Positions 9,308-19,103 of a stretch of 40,467 nucleotides of DNA are shown in pieces. The notes below the pieces were generated by a model that was not told the origin of the DNA, did not search any database, and was given only the letters and a program-made list of their open reading frames with translations. A program made the position numbers and the translations under genes. The stretch is from Dialister sp. GTDB lineage: Bacteria > Bacillota > Negativicutes > Veillonellales > Dialisteraceae. The stretch lies in assembly GCA_022743185.1 (NCBI GenBank), contig JAIIJA010000001.1, positions 1 to 40,467 of the forward strand. The letters run 5' to 3'. Each line of letters begins with the position of its first letter. Position 1 is the first letter of the stretch.

Positions 9308-10969
9308 ATGTCTAACGAATCCCTGAAAGCTAAACTTGCAGCTTACAATGACACCTATGCAAAACAGTGCGCAAAACATCCGGAAAGAGTTGGTCTGAAA
9401 CACAAGAACCTGTACACCCCACTCGATCTCGAAGGTTTCGACTATGAAAAAGACCTCGGATTCCCGGGCGAATATCCATACACCCGTGGCGTACAGCCGA
9501 CCATGTACCGTGGCAAACTCTGGACCATGCGTATGTATGCTGGTTTCTCCACCGCTGAAGAATCCAACAAACGTTACAAATACCTGATCGCTAACGGCGG
9601 CACCGGCCTGTCCTGCGCATTCGACCTGCCAACCCAGATCGGCTATGACTCCGACGACAAAATGTCCGCTGGCGAAGTTGGTAAAGTAGGCGTAGCTATC
9701 GACTCCCTCTACGATATGGAAAGACTGTTCGACGGCATTGACCTCGGCAAAGTTTCCACTTCCATGACCATCAACGCACCGGCTTCCGTACTGCTGGCTA
9801 TGTACATCGCTGTAGCTGAAAAACAGGGCGTTCCGGCAACTGCTCTTCGCGGCACCATCCAGAACGATATCCTGAAAGAATACGCAGCTCGCGGCACCTA
9901 CATTTTCCCGGTTAAACCGTCCATGCGTCTGATCACCGATATCTTCGAATACTGCTCCGCAAACGTACCGAAGTGGAACACCATCTCCATTTCCGGCTAC
10001 CATATCCGTGAAGCAGGCTCCACCGCTGCTCAGGAAATCGCATTCACCATCGCTGATGGTATCGCATACATCGAAGCAGCTCTGAAAGCTGGCATGAAGA
10101 TCGATGAATTCGCAGGCCGTCTGTCCTTCTTCTGGAACGCTCACAACAACGTACTCGAAGAAGTTGCAAAATTCCGTGCATCCCGTCGTCTGTGGGCTAC
10201 CATTCTGAAGGAAAGATTCCATGCAGAATCCAGCAAGTCCATGAAACTGCGTTTCCACACCCAGACCGCTGGTTCCATGCTGACCGCTCAGCAGCCAAAC
10301 AACAACATCATCCGTGTTGCTCTCCAGACCGCTGCAGCAGTTATGGGCGGAACCCAGTCCCTGCACACCAACTCCCGCGATGAAGCTCTGGCTCTGCCGA
10401 CCACTGAATCCGTAACCATCGCTCTGCGTACCCAGCAGATCGTAGCTTACGAATCCGGCCTGGCTGACGTAGTTGATCCGCTCGGCGGCTCCTACTATGT
10501 TGAAGCTATGACCAATGCTATCGAAGCAGAAGCTAAAGAATACATCCGCAAGATCGATGAAATGGGCGGCGCAGTAGAAGCTATTGATAAAGGCTACATC
10601 CAGAAAGAAATTCAGGACGCTGCTTACGCTTGGCAGATGTCTGTTGAATCCGGCGAAAGAACCATCGTTGGCGTCAACAAATTCACCATGGAAGAACCAC
10701 CGGTTACCGGCCTGCTGAAGATCGACGCATCCGTTGGCGAAAAGAAGAAAGCTCAGCTCGCTCAGGATAAAGCAAACCGTGACCAGGCTAAAGTTGCTGA
10801 AGAACTGGCTAAACTTGAAAAAGCAGCTCAGACTCCGGCTGAAGGCCCAGACCACATCAACCTCATGCCAGTCATCCTCGACTGCGTACGTGCATACTGC
10901 ACCGAAGGCGAAATCTGCGGCGTTCTGCGTAAAGTTTACGGCGAATACAAACCGCACAACACCCTCTAA
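9308..10969 (+). CDS. Methylmalonyl-CoA mutase, split-type large (substrate-binding) subunit (MCM-1)
   Basis: PYTRG, RMYAGF (Tyr specificity residue), [27 protein letters not shown]; no C-terminal B12 domain. Confidence 0.92.
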   Translation: MSNESLKAKLAAYNDTYAKQCAKHPERVGLKHKNLYTPLDLEGFDYEKDLGFPGEYPYTRGVQPTMYRGKLWTMRMYAGFSTAEESNKRYKYLIANGGTGLSCAFDLPTQIGYDSDDKMSAGEVGKVGVAIDSLYDMERLFDGIDLGKVSTSMTINAPASVLLAMYIAVAEKQGVPATALRGTIQNDILKEYAARGTYIFPVKPSMRLITDIFEYCSANVPKWNTISISGYHIREAGSTAAQEIAFTIADGIAYIEAALKAGMKIDEFAGRLSFFWNAHNNVLEEVAKFRASRRLWATILKERFHAESSKSMKLRFHTQTAGSMLTAQQPNNNIIRVALQTAAAVMGGTQSLHTNSRDEALALPTTESVTIALRTQQIVAYESGLADVVDPLGGSYYVEAMTNAIEAEAKEYIRKIDEMGGAVEAIDKGYIQKEIQDAAYAWQMSVESGERTIVGVNKFTMEEPPVTGLLKIDASVGEKKKAQLAQDKANRDQAKVAEELAKLEKAAQTPAEGPDHINLMPVILDCVRAYCTEGEICGVLRKVYGEYKPHNTL

Positions 10970-11031
10970 TCTAAGGGCAGCCTGAAGCAAAGATAATTAC
11001 ATTACTCAAATATTTCTGGAGGTAATTTACA

Positions 11032-11427
11032 ATGGCAGACAAACGTATCAGAGTACTGGTAGCTAAACCGGGTCTTGATGGACATGATCGTGGCGCAAAA
11101 GTTATTGCTCGTGCACTTCGTGATGCAGGCATGGAAGTTATTTACACCGGTCTTCGCCAGACCGTTGAACAGATCGTTGAAGCAGCAGACGCAGAAGACG
11201 TTAATGTTGTAGCTCTGTCCCTGCTCTCCGGCGCTCACAACACCCTCTTCCCGGAAGTTGTTGAAGCACTGAAGGCTAAAGGAATGGGCGACGTTCTCGT
11301 AGTTGGCGGCGGCGTAATTCCGGAATCCGATATCCCAGGCCTGAAAGAAGCTGGCGTAAAAGCTATCTTCACTCCTGGCACACCAACCAAAGAAGTTATC
11401 GACTTCATTAAAGAAAACGTAAAATAA
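11032..11427 (+). CDS. Methylmalonyl-CoA mutase, cobalamin-binding small subunit
   Basis: [13 protein letters not shown] (DxHxxG), SLLSGAH and GGG motifs. Confidence 0.95.
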   Translation: MADKRIRVLVAKPGLDGHDRGAKVIARALRDAGMEVIYTGLRQTVEQIVEAADAEDVNVVALSLLSGAHNTLFPEVVEALKAKGMGDVLVVGGGVIPESDIPGLKEAGVKAIFTPGTPTKEVIDFIKENVK

Positions 11428-11547
11428 TCGACTTTTAGACTGACTAGCTTGACAGTTTATTAGTTGAAATGTAGCTTGCATGGGGCTGGGGGGATACTCA
11501 GTCCCATTGCAACTATATTATTTACTCTTCGAAAAGGCGGTGCATCC

Positions 11548-12486
11548 ATGGAATTTTCTATGAAGGATTTTTGGAATGGATCCAGACGTGCCTTAGCGAG
11601 AGCAATTACCATCGTTGAAGACGAACGGGATGGATTTGAAGATGTCATGAAAGAGATCTATCACCATACCGGTCGTGCACAGGTCATCGGTATTACTGGT
11701 GCGCCTGGTGCGGGTAAGAGCACACTGTCAGATGCCCTCATTAAGCAGTTCCGTAAGCAGGGCAAAACTGTAGGTATCGTAGCCATCGATCCTACGAGTC
11801 CATTCTCCGGCGGCGCCATCCTTGGTGACCGTATCAGAATGAACGACCTGACCTTGGATAAGGGTGTTTATATCCGTAGTATGGGTACGCGCGGCAGCCT
11901 CGGCGGACTTTCCCGCAAGACTGCAGATGCGGTCAAACTGATGGATGCTTTCGGTCTCGATGTCATTCTCATCGAAACAGTAGGCGTAGGACAATCAGAA
12001 GTTGATATCGTTAAAAATGCGGATACGACACTTGTTGTGCTCGTACCTGGACTAGGCGACGATATTCAGGCTATCAAAGCAGGTATCCTTGAAATTGGTG
12101 ATGTATTCTGCATCAACAAATGTGATCGCGATGGCGCAGATCGTTTGAACGTCGAAATCGAAATGATGCTTGATCTGGGCGAAGCTCAGAACTGGCGTCC
12201 TCCGATTGAGAGAACGATCGCGAACAAAGATCAGGGCGTGGCGGAAGTTGTAGCAGCTCTGGGCGAACATAGAAAGTACCTCGAAGAGTCTGGTCTCCTT
12301 GAAGAAAGAAGACGTGAACGGGCTAGAAGCGAGATGCTGGAAATGATTCACGATCGCATTTCCCGTCATATTGAGGAAAATATTTCCTCGACGGGTGAAT
12401 TTAGTGACTGCGTGGAACAAGTCTTTGAACGGAAGACAGATCCGTTCACGGTCGTTGATTCCATTGTAGGCAAAATATTCAAATAA
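11548..12486 (+). CDS. meaB: MeaB/ArgK GTPase chaperone of MCM (copy 1)
   Basis: GITGAPGAGKS, DPTSPFSGGAILGDRIRM, ETVGVGQSE, NKCD. Confidence 0.95.
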   Translation: MEFSMKDFWNGSRRALARAITIVEDERDGFEDVMKEIYHHTGRAQVIGITGAPGAGKSTLSDALIKQFRKQGKTVGIVAIDPTSPFSGGAILGDRIRMNDLTLDKGVYIRSMGTRGSLGGLSRKTADAVKLMDAFGLDVILIETVGVGQSEVDIVKNADTTLVVLVPGLGDDIQAIKAGILEIGDVFCINKCDRDGADRLNVEIEMMLDLGEAQNWRPPIERTIANKDQGVAEVVAALGEHRKYLEESGLLEERRRERARSEMLEMIHDRISRHIEENISSTGEFSDCVEQVFERKTDPFTVVDSIVGKIFK

Positions 12487-12506
12487 TTTTAAAGGAGGAG
12501 TTTATT

Positions 12507-12959
12507 ATGGCATTCAAAGTAATTTGTGTGGACCATGTAGGCGTTGCTGTTAAAGACCTTCAGGCTATTAAACAGCAGATGAAAGACATCCTTGGACTGG
12601 ATCCATCCCTTCCGGATGAAACCGTCGAAGAACAGCATGTAACCACCAGCTTCTTCAAACCGTCTGCTCAGACCGAAGCATGCGAACTCGAATTCCTGGG
12701 TTCCACCACTCCGGACGGCCCGATTGCTCGTTTCATCGAAAAAGCAAACGGCGGCAAGAATGGTTTCCAGCATGTAGCACTTCGTGTCGACGACATCGAA
12801 GCTTGCCTTGCTGACCTGCAGGCTAAAGAAGTTCCGCTCATCGATAAGAAATACCGTATCGGTGCTGGCGGCTGTCACATCGCTTTCCTGCATCCAAAGG
12901 CTACAGGCCTTCTGCTTGAACTGACAGAACGCCCAGGCGGCCCATCCTTCAAGGCTTAA
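12507..12959 (+). CDS. mce: Methylmalonyl-CoA epimerase
   Basis: VOC fold: DHVGVAV, QHVALRVDDI, AFLHPK...LLLEL; operon context. Confidence 0.92.
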   Translation: MAFKVICVDHVGVAVKDLQAIKQQMKDILGLDPSLPDETVEEQHVTTSFFKPSAQTEACELEFLGSTTPDGPIARFIEKANGGKNGFQHVALRVDDIEACLADLQAKEVPLIDKKYRIGAGGCHIAFLHPKATGLLLELTERPGGPSFKA

Positions 12960-13039
12960 TTGAACGATGGCAAATGCCTTGCCCACCGGGGTAAGGCATC
13001 CCCCTCACGGGGGTCCCTAAAATTTTTGGAGGTGTAAGA

Positions 13040-14569
13040 ATGGCAACTGTTGCAGAAAGAATTGAACTTCTTCACAAAAACCTCGCTCACGTAGAGGCTA
13101 TGGGTGGAGAAAAGAAAGTTGAAAAACAGCATGCAAAAGGCAAACTGACGGCTCGTGAAAGACTGGCTCTTCTGTTTGATGAAGGCACTTTCGTAGAAGT
13201 CAATGCCCTTGTAAAATCCCGCTGCCACAACTTCGGTCAGGAAAAGAAAGATCTCCCGGGCGAAGGCGTTGTTACCGGTTACGGTACCGTTGATGGCAGA
13301 CTCGTATTCGCATTCGCACAGGACTTCACCGTTGAAGGCGGCTCCCTTGGCGAAATGCACGCTGCTAAGATCGTTCACGTAAATGAACTGGCTCTCAAAG
13401 TCGGTGCTCCTTGCGTAGGCCTGAACGATTCCGGCGGAGCTCGTATTCAGGAAGCTGTCGATGCACTCTCTGGCTACGGCAAGATCTTCTGGTGCAACAC
13501 CATTGCATCCGGCGTTATTCCGCAGATCTCTGCTATCATGGGACCATCTGCAGGCGGCGCTGTATACTCCCCAGCTCTGACCGACTTCATTTACATGGTC
13601 AAGAAAACATCCCAGATGTTCCTGACCGGCCCGGCAGTTGTTGAATCCGTTACCGGCGAAAAGATCACCGCTGAAGCACTCGGCGGCGCTATGACCCACA
13701 ACCGTACTTCCGGTGTAGCTCAGTTCGCTTGCGAAAACGACGAAGACTGCATTAAACAGATTCGTTACCTGCTCTCCTTCCTGCCGAGCAACAACATGGA
13801 AGATGCTCCTATCGTTGAAACCGGTGATGATCCGACCAGAACTGATCCGGCTCTCGATACCCTCATGCCAGAAAACTCCAACGCTCCATACAACATGTAT
13901 GACGTTATCAAATCCGTTGTAGATAACGGTGAATACTACGATGTAGCTAAAGAATTCGCTAAGAATATCATTACCTGCTTCGCACGTTTCGACGGACAGA
14001 CCGTTGGTATCATTGCAAACCAGCCAGCATTCATGGCAGGCTGCCTTGACTACAATGCATCTGATAAATCCGCTCGTTTCATCCGTTTCTGCGACTGCTT
14101 CAACATCCCGGTTGTAAACATTGTCGATGTACCAGGCTTCCTGCCAGGCAAACAGCAGGAATATGCCGGCGTAATTCGTCACGGCGCTAAGATGCTGTTC
14201 GCATACTGCGAAGCAACCGTTCCGAAGATCACCATGATCCTCCGTAAAGCTTACGGTGGTTCCTACATCGCTATGTGCTCCCGTGAACAGGGCGCTGACC
14301 AGGTATTCGCTTGGCCAACCGCTGAAATCGCTGTTATGGGACCTGCAGGCGCTGCAAACATCATCTTCAAGAAAGACCCGAACAAAGAACAGCGTACAGC
14401 TGAATACGTCGAAGAATTCGCAACTCCATACAAAGCTGCTGAACGTGGCTATGTAGACGCAGTTATCGATCCGAGAAACACTCGTCCGACAATCATCAAT
14501 GCACTGAAGATGCTTGCTTCCAAGCACGAAGTACATCCAGCAAAGAAACACGGCAACATTCCGCTGTAA
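13040..14569 (+). CDS. mmdA: Methylmalonyl-CoA decarboxylase alpha (carboxyltransferase) subunit
   Basis: GKLTARER, DSGGARIQE, DVPGFLPG, RKAYGG, KKHGNIPL. Confidence 0.92.
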   Translation: MATVAERIELLHKNLAHVEAMGGEKKVEKQHAKGKLTARERLALLFDEGTFVEVNALVKSRCHNFGQEKKDLPGEGVVTGYGTVDGRLVFAFAQDFTVEGGSLGEMHAAKIVHVNELALKVGAPCVGLNDSGGARIQEAVDALSGYGKIFWCNTIASGVIPQISAIMGPSAGGAVYSPALTDFIYMVKKTSQMFLTGPAVVESVTGEKITAEALGGAMTHNRTSGVAQFACENDEDCIKQIRYLLSFLPSNNMEDAPIVETGDDPTRTDPALDTLMPENSNAPYNMYDVIKSVVDNGEYYDVAKEFAKNIITCFARFDGQTVGIIANQPAFMAGCLDYNASDKSARFIRFCDCFNIPVVNIVDVPGFLPGKQQEYAGVIRHGAKMLFAYCEATVPKITMILRKAYGGSYIAMCSREQGADQVFAWPTAEIAVMGPAGAANIIFKKDPNKEQRTAEYVEEFATPYKAAERGYVDAVIDPRNTRPTIINALKMLASKHEVHPAKKHGNIPL

Positions 14570-14611
14570 TATTTGCTGCAAGAAAAACTCTAATTGAAAG
14601 GATGGGTACAG

Positions 14612-14926
14612 ATGGATAACAACACAGTTATGTATATCGCGGTATTTGCTGCTATCGTAGCAGTAGTAGCGCTGATCATGATCTGGCAGGTACGTTCATC
14701 TCTCAATCAGTCCGCAGCACCGGCACCGGCAGCAGCTCCGAAGAAAGCCGCTCCAGCTAGAGCAGCAGCTCCTAAAGCAGCTGACAATGGTGCAGTTGTA
14801 GCAGCAATCGCTGCTGCAATCGTTGCGATGGGTGGCGGCGAAATCGTCTCCATCCGCCCGGCAGCTAGAAGTGGCTGGACCTCTGCATCTCGTCTTGCAG
14901 GTGTTTCCGGCACTCAGCAGTTCTAA
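14612..14926 (+). CDS. mmdD: Methylmalonyl-CoA decarboxylase delta (membrane anchor) subunit
   Basis: N-terminal TM helix, Ala/Pro linker, VVAAIAAAI and W..ASR motifs; lies between mmdA and mmdC. Confidence 0.75.
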   Translation: MDNNTVMYIAVFAAIVAVVALIMIWQVRSSLNQSAAPAPAAAPKKAAPARAAAPKAADNGAVVAAIAAAIVAMGGGEIVSIRPAARSGWTSASRLAGVSGTQQF

Positions 14927-14964
14927 TTGAAAGTTGAAAGTACAATCATTTAGGAGGAAAGACA

Positions 14965-15375
14965 ATGAGAAAATTTACTGTAACAGTTAACGGCCAGGAT
15001 TACGATGTAGTAGTTAAAGACGGCGGCGCTGCAGCAGCAGCTCCGGCTCCGGTAGCAGCAGCACCGGCAGCAGCTCCAGCACCGGCTCCGGTAGCAGCAG
15101 CACCGGCACCGGCTCCGGCTCCAGCACCGGCTCCGGCTCCAGCAGCAGCTCCTGCAGGTGCAGGCGAATCCGTTGAAGCTCCGATGCCGGGCAAAGTTAT
15201 CCGCATCAACAAACATGTTGGCGATGCAGTTGCTTCCGGCGACGAAGTCCTCGTTCTCGAAGCTATGAAAATGGGCAACCCGATCATGGCTCCATGCGAT
15301 GGCAAGATCACCGGCATGCCGGTATCCGAAGGCCAGTCCGTACAGGGCGGCGACGTTCTCTTCACCGTTGGCTAA
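14965..15375 (+). CDS. mmdC: Methylmalonyl-CoA decarboxylase gamma (biotin carrier) subunit
   Basis: MRKFTVTVNG N-terminus, Ala/Pro linker, APMPG, EAMKM biotinylation site. Confidence 0.92.
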   Translation: MRKFTVTVNGQDYDVVVKDGGAAAAAPAPVAAAPAAAPAPAPVAAAPAPAPAPAPAPAPAAAPAGAGESVEAPMPGKVIRINKHVGDAVASGDEVLVLEAMKMGNPIMAPCDGKITGMPVSEGQSVQGGDVLFTVG

Positions 15376-15386
15376 TAGCCGATATG

Positions 15387-15415
15387 AAAAAGCAGCGCGT
15401 ATGCGCTGCTTTTTT
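15387..15415 (+). terminator. Intrinsic terminator ending the MCM-1/mmd operon
   Basis: aaaaagcagcgc-gtat-gcgctgctttttt. Confidence 0.9.
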
Positions 15416-15649
15416 ATTGCAATAAAACGGAGTACGCAAGAGAGAATCAGGCACTCCGTTTTTGATCCCACGTTTCCGCCGTAAGCGGATCACACGTTAC
15501 TTTTTGTATTTGGTGTAGTGACAGCAAGAAGAGGCGGATAAGAAATAGCACCGCCGACAGGGGGGGAAGCGAATGATCCCATTCAGGGGAAAGGCGTATA
15601 CGTCCTCTCGGCTGATCTCGGTTCTTTTGCAGTAGCTTCCTGTCACGCC

Positions 15650-16156
15650 TTAGTAGGCATCATCCTCTTCCATTTCCTGCTTTTCTCTTGCGATCAAGAT
15701 ACGGAGCATGGTGAGGGAAGCCTGGAGGTAATCATAGTCCTTGGCGAAGGCACAGAGGATGCCGTAGCGGAAGAGAGGCTCCTTTTCTTCGGGCGGTACC
15801 TGATGAACGGCGATCAGGATATCATCACGGCCGTAAAGAGCAAGAGCACGCGAGAGGGCGACAGCATTCTTACCTCTGGCATCACTTGCCGTGGTGTAGA
15901 AGACGAAGTGAACGTCGTTGTCTGCTGCCCCTTTGGCTGCATCCTCCGGCTGCTGGGAGGGGCTGACGTCGACGTCCCAGCCGGAGTCTGCCAATGCATT
16001 GGCGGCCAGTTTTCGTTCTTCACGATCACTTTCGAGATCATTTTCCATTTCTATGAGAAGAACGCGCGGACGTCTGCCATCAAGTTCAGCAAATTCTTTA
16101 GAAAGCCGAAGGGCTTCTTCTCTGATGGTTTCTTTTGTTTTCGGGTCGAGTACCAT
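15650..16156 (-). CDS. Stand-alone degenerate MCM B12-binding-domain paralog lacking DxHxxG
   Basis: Aligns by eye with the C-terminal domain of MutB (GRRPR, GWDVDV, PE.AA..A.DNDVH, GR.DIL.A); SD aaggag before MVLDPK. Confidence 0.8.
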   Translation of the reverse strand: MVLDPKTKETIREEALRLSKEFAELDGRRPRVLLIEMENDLESDREERKLAANALADSGWDVDVSPSQQPEDAAKGAADNDVHFVFYTTASDARGKNAVALSRALALYGRDDILIAVHQVPPEEKEPLFRYGILCAFAKDYDYLQASLTMLRILIAREKQEMEEDDAY

Positions 16157-16311
16157 GGTAAGCTCCTTGTATGAGAATAAAAATAATGATAATGAAATAA
16201 ATTTTACATATAAATCTATTATAATATAAAACATCGCTGTTATTCAATGTATAATTTGCAATTTCAGATACTACATTAACAGGAAATGTATAAGACGGAG
16301 AAAAACATTGA

Positions 16312-16340
16312 TTGACACTGAGAAGAATATGAATTATACT
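16312..16340 (+). promoter_or_regulatory. Sigma-A promoter of the mutAB leader
   Basis: TTGACA-17 nt-TATACT. Confidence 0.85.
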
Positions 16341-16371
16341 GAGACTGTAGTCATTTAGACAATTTCATATG

Positions 16372-16640
16372 GCTGGCAGATGCGAAAGCATAAAAGAGAA
16401 TCCGGTCTAAGCCGGAGCGGTCCCGCCACTGTAAGGAGGAGTCTCTCACAGTTATGTCACTGGGCGAAAGTCTGGGAAGGCGTGAAGAGATGAGGAGCCC
16501 GAGCCAGGAGAACTATCTGCCAATGAATCACCGCGAAGGAAGTAGGGGTCTACTCAAGACATGATTTGATTCTGTCTAAGATCAGGGCTTGTGAGAAGAT
16601 CCGTATTTCCGTCAACCTGCGAGAGATGGGGAGGGGATTG
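16372..16640 (+). promoter_or_regulatory. Cobalamin riboswitch (class I-like, with kissing-loop hairpin)
   Basis: GAGAAtCCGG..CCGG, CGGTCCCGCCACTGT, CACTG..GGGAAGG, GAGCCAGGAGAAC B12 box; downstream ACCTGCGAGAGATGGG hairpin. Confidence 0.92.
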
Positions 16641-16666
16641 AGATCGGTCCTGGTCTCATTATTTTC

Positions 16667-16697
16667 CGGCTGCCCCCACTGGGTCAGTCGTTTTTTT
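16667..16697 (+). terminator. Attenuator (riboswitch expression-platform terminator) before mutA
   Basis: cggctg-ccc-loop-ggg-t-cagtcg followed by T7. Confidence 0.75.
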
Positions 16698-16829
16698 ATG
16701 GTAGGACCAAGACGTGAACCTGAAGGAGGTGAACTTTCTGTCTGATTGAAATTGTCTAAAGGGGCGTTCTCTTGATTTGCGCTGGTAAGTCAGTGGGCGG
16801 CCATAAATTATTAAAGGAGGAACTATTTC

Positions 16830-19103
16830 ATGGATGAAGTAACAAAAGCAACATCCGCGGAAAATCAGGAAAGACAGCTTACCGATAAGGAATTGGAAGC
16901 GATTCTGAAACAGTCGGAAGGCAAAACCGATTTCCCACAGGTCACATTTGATGAATTCACACCACCAACCTACGAGGAATGGGTTGATGCGTGCAACGCT
17001 CTTCTGAAGGGCAAGCCGTTTGATAAGCTGATGTATACCAAGACGTATGAAGGCATCACTTTTAGCCCGATTTATACCCTGCATACGGGTCCGGACGCAC
17101 AGGAAGCGATCCTGCCGACCGATGACTATCCGGGTATGGGGGACTTCATGCGTGGCCAGAAAGTCAATGGTTACAAAGAAGAACCATGGGGCATTGCACA
17201 GTCTTGTGATGAAGCACTTCCAAAGGAAAATAATGAGCTCCTGAAACACGAGATCGATCGTGGTTCCACGGTATACAATGTACGCCTTGATGCATCCACT
17301 CTACATGGCATCGATGTGACTGATGCTGAAAAGCCAGGTGAAACCGGCGTTTCTCTGACCACTCTCGAAGATGTGCATAACCTTCTGGACGGTCTGGATC
17401 TTGCAAAGTATCCATTCATGATGTATACCGGCGAATCTGCACTGGCACCGCTTGCTATGGTGGCTGCCGCAGTCAAAGCACAGGGAAAAGATGTGTCCGC
17501 GCTTCATGGCGTGATCGGTGGAAGCCCGTTGACACAGCTGCTGACTGATGGCAAGAATAAGGAAAGCCTTGAAAAAGCATACGACCAGATGGCAGAGACC
17601 ATCCGCTGGGCTTGCAAGAATGCACCGAGCGTAGCGACCGTATTCATCACTTCCGATGTATTCTCTCTGGGCGGCGCACAGGCCGTACAGGAAATCGCAT
17701 ATACCTTCGGCGTCGCTGTAGAGTATGTCCGTGAAATGCTGAAGAGAGGCATTTCGATCCATGATATCGCACAGTCCTTCTACTTCGGCTTCAATGTAGG
17801 CGCTACGTTCTTCATTGAAATTGCAAAGCTTCGTGCAGCTCGTCAGGTATGGTCGAACATCATGAAGGCTTTCGGTGCAGAAGAAGAAGATCGTTCGATG
17901 AAGATCCATGCAAAACCGGCATTCTTCACAAAGACCATTTTCGATGTGGGCGTGAACATGCTCCGCAACACCACCGAAGCATTCTCTGCTGTCGTTGGCG
18001 GTGTAGATACCTACGAAAATGCACCGTATGATGATACTGTCAGAAAAGGTGATGAATTCTCCCGCCGTATCGCTAGAAACCTGCAGATCATGCTGCAGGA
18101 AGAATTCGGCATGCTGCGCCCGATCGATGCAGCTGGCGGCTCCTGGGCGATTGAAAAACTCACCAAAGAGATGGCAGAAAAGATCTGGGCTGAATTCCAG
18201 AAGATCGAATCTCTGGGCGGCATGACCAAAGCCATCGAAGAAGGCTATCCGCAGAAGGAGATCAAAGCCGTCCTCGAAAAGCGCTTCAAAGCACTGGATC
18301 TTAGAAAAGACCGTGCGGTCGGCAATAACATGTATCCGCTGATGGGCGAAGTGCTCCTCGAAGCTCGTCCGGAAGATACGAAAGCCATTAAGCAGGAACT
18401 TGGCGATGCAGCCAAAGCATACCGTGCAGACCTTGATCTTGCCTTCAGAAGCCAGGCACTGGCAGAACTGAAAGCAGCTGGTGAAGGTGAAGTCGTCAAC
18501 AAAGCAGCTGCAGCAGCTGCTGCCGGTGCGACCATTGGTGAGATCAATGAAGTCGCTGGTAATGCAGAAGGCTCCGTTGCTATCGAAAAGATCGATGCAC
18601 ACCGCTGGACGGAACGCTTCGAAGCACTTCGCTTTGATACCGAAGCATATAAAGAAAAGACTGGCAAGAATGTCGAGATCTTCCTTGCAAACATGGGCAA
18701 GATCCCGCAGCATAAAGCCAGAGCAGACTTCTCCACCTCCTTCCTGCAGGTCGGCGAATTCAATGTCCATCTCAATAATGGTTTCCAGGATGACGAAGAC
18801 AAACCGGGCTCCCGCTGGGATAAGTGCGTAGAAGCACTGAAAGCTGGTGCTGATGACAAAGGCACGCCATATGATGTCGCTGTCATCTGCTCCACGGATG
18901 CGACCTATCCGGAAGATGTACCGGCTCTGGCTCCGAGACTGAAAGAAGTCCTCGGCGACGGCACCCTCTTCCTCGCAGGCGCAGCTCCAAAGGATCTGGA
19001 AGAGACCTACCGCAAGGCGGGCGTAGATGATTTCATCAGCGTCAAAGCAAACTGCTACGAAATTCTCCGCATGCTGCAGAAAAAGAAAGGAATGATTGAA
19101 TAA
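16830..19103 (+). CDS. mutA: Methylmalonyl-CoA mutase small/beta (non-catalytic) subunit (MCM-2)
   Basis: MCM fold ([37 protein letters not shown]) without catalytic or DxHxxG motifs; stop overlaps mutB start. Confidence 0.9.
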   Translation: MDEVTKATSAENQERQLTDKELEAILKQSEGKTDFPQVTFDEFTPPTYEEWVDACNALLKGKPFDKLMYTKTYEGITFSPIYTLHTGPDAQEAILPTDDYPGMGDFMRGQKVNGYKEEPWGIAQSCDEALPKENNELLKHEIDRGSTVYNVRLDASTLHGIDVTDAEKPGETGVSLTTLEDVHNLLDGLDLAKYPFMMYTGESALAPLAMVAAAVKAQGKDVSALHGVIGGSPLTQLLTDGKNKESLEKAYDQMAETIRWACKNAPSVATVFITSDVFSLGGAQAVQEIAYTFGVAVEYVREMLKRGISIHDIAQSFYFGFNVGATFFIEIAKLRAARQVWSNIMKAFGAEEEDRSMKIHAKPAFFTKTIFDVGVNMLRNTTEAFSAVVGGVDTYENAPYDDTVRKGDEFSRRIARNLQIMLQEEFGMLRPIDAAGGSWAIEKLTKEMAEKIWAEFQKIESLGGMTKAIEEGYPQKEIKAVLEKRFKALDLRKDRAVGNNMYPLMGEVLLEARPEDTKAIKQELGDAAKAYRADLDLAFRSQALAELKAAGEGEVVNKAAAAAAAGATIGEINEVAGNAEGSVAIEKIDAHRWTERFEALRFDTEAYKEKTGKNVEIFLANMGKIPQHKARADFSTSFLQVGEFNVHLNNGFQDDEDKPGSRWDKCVEALKAGADDKGTPYDVAVICSTDATYPEDVPALAPRLKEVLGDGTLFLAGAAPKDLEETYRKAGVDDFISVKANCYEILRMLQKKKGMIE

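Noticed and set aside
9308..10969. Isobutyryl-CoA or other non-methylmalonyl mutase
   Set aside because: Has Tyr in RMYAGF and the conserved Arg, and lies with mce and mmd genes
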